NCBI RefSeq assembly: GCF_000315625.1
Contig: NW_005434550.1
Span: 109,391-173,390, forward strand
Direction of reading: 5' to 3'
DNA: 64,000 nucleotides
From: Guillardia theta CCMP2712
Taxonomy: Eukaryota; Protista; Cryptophyta
This document shows, in pieces, positions 60,653 to 64,000 of this stretch (its first letter is position 1; every line of letters starts with the position of its first letter). The notes beneath the pieces were generated by a model, which had not been told where the DNA came from, did no database searches, and saw nothing but the letters and a program-made list of their open reading frames with translations. The position numbers were made by a program, and so were the translations under genes.

Positions 60653-63600
60653 ATGCAACGAATCCGTTACAATGGACACCCTTTTCTGAGCCCCCCTCAG
60701 AGCTTCCCCCGCGGCATGAACTACGTCCCGCACTGCCCAGAATCCGTACGGACATGCGGGGAGGGAGGAGGGAGGAGGGAGGAGGGAGGAGGGAGGAGGA
60801 AGGAGGGAGGAGGGAGGACGGAGGATGAAGGAGGACGGAGGCAGGAGGCAGGGAAGAAGGAGAAAGGAGGAAGGAGGGATGAGAAAAGATGGGGCAGGCA
60901 AGCAGGGAGATGAAAGGAGAGGATGGATGCAGGGAGGAAGGGGGAGGAGGATAGGGGTAGAGAATAGAAGGGGAGGTGAGGATATTGAAGCAGACGGTCG
61001 GACGGGAAGGGCAAGAGGGATAAGGCGGGGGGGGACGAAAGCGCAGACCCCTCACGTCTCACATCGGAAAGCAGGGCCTCAACCTAAAGGCATGAGCGAA
61101 GACGCTGAAGGCTCCCATCGCGGGAAGAGAGAGCTGGAGTCCGATGAGGTGGAGAGGCTGCAGAAGCGTGCGAGGCACCGGAGCGGATCGCAGAACTGGA
61201 GCGCAGATGTGACAGATGAGCTAGTGAACTGCACGATGGACCTGGTGGAAGATATGCTGGCGAAGGTCGAGGTCGATGCGAACTTGAAGAAGAAGCCGCA
61301 CACGCTCGTCCCCTACCTGTCGGAGGCTCTTGCCCACCTTGCGACAACCAAACCGGATGATCCTATCATCACCCTAGCTAAGGTGAACTCCTCCTCCTCC
61401 CCCTCCACCCCTCCCTCCCTCCACCCCTCCCTCCCTCCCCCCCTCCCTCCCTCCCTCCCTCCCTCCCTCCCCCCTCCCTCCCTCCCCCCCCTCCCCCTCT
61501 CTCTCTCAGTTTTCTGTTCATTTCTGTCCTCCTCTTGTTTTCTTCCAACAGGCCTGCTAGTTGTCCTCCTTGACCTCCTCGCTCTTCTCTGTTCTTCGTC
61601 GTTCTGATTGGCCGGGCAGCTTCTCACGGAGCGGGGGATAAAACCGCAGTGGGTACAAGTCTTGGCCCTCGAACTTTCGGTAATGGCGGGGGGAGGGGAG
61701 GAGGAGACGAGGGTGGGATGCGGAGAGCGAAGAAAGGATTGTGAAGGAAAAAGGAGAGAAGAGAGGAGGGAGTGATTTTCTGATGGAAAGACTACCCATG
61801 AGACTGATTCATGTCTTCCAAGGTTGGAGATTTCTTTGGTGAGATTGCACTACTTGACGATCGGCCCCGACAGGCAACAGTGAAGGCCATGACAGATGTA
61901 ATGATCTTGTGCTGTTGGTTGTTTGATTCTCAGTCGTTGCTTCCTCGAGCAGTGTTGTCTCTGTGATATTCTGTTTCTTTCCTCTCCCTTCCCTTCCACT
62001 TTTCATCTTGCCTTCACCACCACCTCCTCTTTCTCCTCTTACTCCTCCTCTGACTTCTCCTACTCCTCCTCTTACTCCTCCTCGTACTCCTCCGCTAACT
62101 CCTCTTACTCCTCCTCTTACTCCTCCTCCTCCCCCTCAACCACCACCCGCCTCTTCCCCCCCCCCCTCGCTCCTTATGTCTCTTTGATCCTGACGGCGTG
62201 CCGCAGAGGACAGAGGTGCTGGTGATCTCAAGATCGGTATTCCATCATACCTGTGAAAAGCTCTCGACGACCCTCAAGGAGAACATGATCAAGTACAACG
62301 AGTTCGAGTACCTGAAGGAAGAGTTGATGGAGGAGGAGGCCCAGCCCCTCTCTCGCGAAGCTTCTTCAGCGTTTGGACAGTCGGGAGGAGGGGAGGAGGA
62401 GACTAGAGGGGAGGTGGACGGGGACGAGGACTCTGAGAAGATGTCCGATGTGGACAAGGTGAGGGCTGGTTGTGTCAAGTTTGCGATGTTGAGTTGCCAT
62501 GTGAAGTGTTAGCTGTTGTGATGAATGGAGAAGATGCGGGCTTGATAAGACAATGATGATGGTGGTGGTGTAAAGATGTTGTTCAGATCTTGTTGCTGTT
62601 AAGATGGTGTTTTTTGTTGTGGAGATGTTCCGCAGTTGACATTGCGTCACTGCTGTTGAAATGTTGTTGTTGAAATCAGTGTTCGTCGAAAAAGTGAGAC
62701 GATGACGTGCGATGTGCAGGATGGAGTGCAGAGCAACATGTCAGAGGCTGTGAAAGCGATGAACCTCGGGAGGAGGAGAGGAGGAGAGGAGGAGGAAGAG
62801 GAGGACGGCGCGGAGTCGAAGCAGCAGGATGAGGAGTCTGCGCGGCTAGACCAGCTCATGGGGAGCATGAGATGGTTGACGAGGGGCAGAAGGAAGGCAA
62901 AGGAGATAATCGCAAAGACCCTTGAGAAGAAAAGTTACTCGAGCGACGAGGTTTTGATGCAGAAGGTGAGGGACGGGAGGGATGGGGAGCGGTGGAGAAG
63001 GGGGAGCACTGGTGAGGAAGGGATGGAGGTAGAAGAGCATGACGTGTACACGAGCAGGAGAAGGAGCGGTGGTGTAGGAGGAAGGAGGAGCAGTAGATTA
63101 GTGGAAGGGAACGAGGAGGAAGGTAAGGAAGTGGAGTAGACGAAGAGTGAAAGATTAATGGAGGGAGGGAGGGGAGAGGGAGAGGAGGTGGAGGAGGACG
63201 AGGATGCAGGTATAATCTGTCTTCTCAGGGAGGAGCAGCAGAGCACATCTACTTCATTGAGGAAGGAACCATTGAAGTGTTTGACGATGGTGAGTGAAGA
63301 GGCTGTTGTCGAGCAGGAAGAGAGGCAGGGAAGGGGCAAGACAGGCAAGAGGAAGGAGAGGAGGAGGGAGAGGGGCAAGAGGGAAGAGGAGGGGGGAGAC
63401 AGGGGGGAAGGGGAGGGGGAGGAGGGAGGAGGGAGGAGGAGTACGAGGAGGAGAAAAGAGGAAATGGGAGAGGATGGATAGCATGACTATCTTTACAGGA
63501 GAAACTCTGCGCAAGGAGCTGAAGAGGGGAGAGAGCTTCGGGGTGAGGGGAGTGGAGGTCAGGAGGTTTCTGAGTAGCCTCAAGGCCGTGGAGCTTCTTT

Positions 63601-64000
63601 TCGGCCTTCCGACAAGTTTCACCAAGGCCGCTGGGGAGGCGAAGGTAGGAGAGGAGGGAGATTGGGTAGGAGAGGAGGGAGGAGAGCGAGGAGAGGAGGG
63701 AGCTGAAGGAGAAGAGAGCGGGAAGAGCGGGAAGAAAGAGGAAGAGGGGGTAGGGAGAGGAGATGGAGGGAGGAGGAGGAGTGGAGAGAGGAAGAGGGAC
63801 GGGGAGGGAGGTGTGAAGGAGGGGAAGAGGGAAGGAGGACGGGGAAGCGAGGAGGAGGAAGAGTTGTGATGGAGCGGCAGGTCTGGAGGCTCCCCGAAGG
63901 AGACGATGAGGAAGATTTCGAGCCTTCAAGGATCCAAGTCGATGAACTCAATCTGCAAGTTTCTCAACAAAGTCAGCCTCTTCAACGTGCTTGTGCCCGA
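60653..64000 (+). CDS. Dpy-30/RIIa-like dimerisation motif plus cyclic-nucleotide-binding domain protein, 3' truncated by the window edge
   Basis: Dpy-30 motif TLVPYLSEALAHLATTKPDDPIITLAK. cNMP motif GDFFGEIALLDDRPRQATVKAM...EVLVISRSVF. FLNKVSLFNVL at the edge suggests a second cNMP domain. Confidence 0.75.

Noticed and set aside
1-64000. tRNA, rRNA or intact transposase/reverse transcriptase genes
   Set aside because: None were recognised by eye. tRNAscan-SE, Infernal and a TE search would be needed to exclude them.

Overview
This is eukaryotic nuclear DNA, gene-dense, with many short GT-AG introns (about 40-60 nt), GA/CT-microsatellite-expanded introns and one 100-N assembly gap. The style suggests a cryptophyte such as Guillardia theta (inference only). 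I spliced about 22 genes by eye. Housekeeping genes: SYP7-type Qc-SNARE, two mitochondrial carriers (one YHM2-like), flavin amine oxidase, DPH3, GT61 glycosyltransferase, beta-helix protein, LRR+PDZ protein and a Dpy-30+cNMP protein. There is also a head-to-head duplicated pair of YeeE/YedE sulfur transporters. The most unusual content is a set of recognition-type proteins. (1) Two paralogous type-II membrane tandem-PA14 proteins, one carrying two ubiquitin-like domains inserted inside its second PA14 domain. (2) A ~2500-aa modular LRR protein with an embedded segment resembling the C-terminal winged helix of viral D5 primase-helicases. (3) A membrane collagen with a scavenger-receptor-like layout ending in YLDRH-type Cys repeats. 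(4) A GPI-type Frizzled-CRD protein, a Cys-rich LysM protein and an FN2 protein. Exon boundaries and several starts are approximate, and all family calls come from motif recognition, not database searches.
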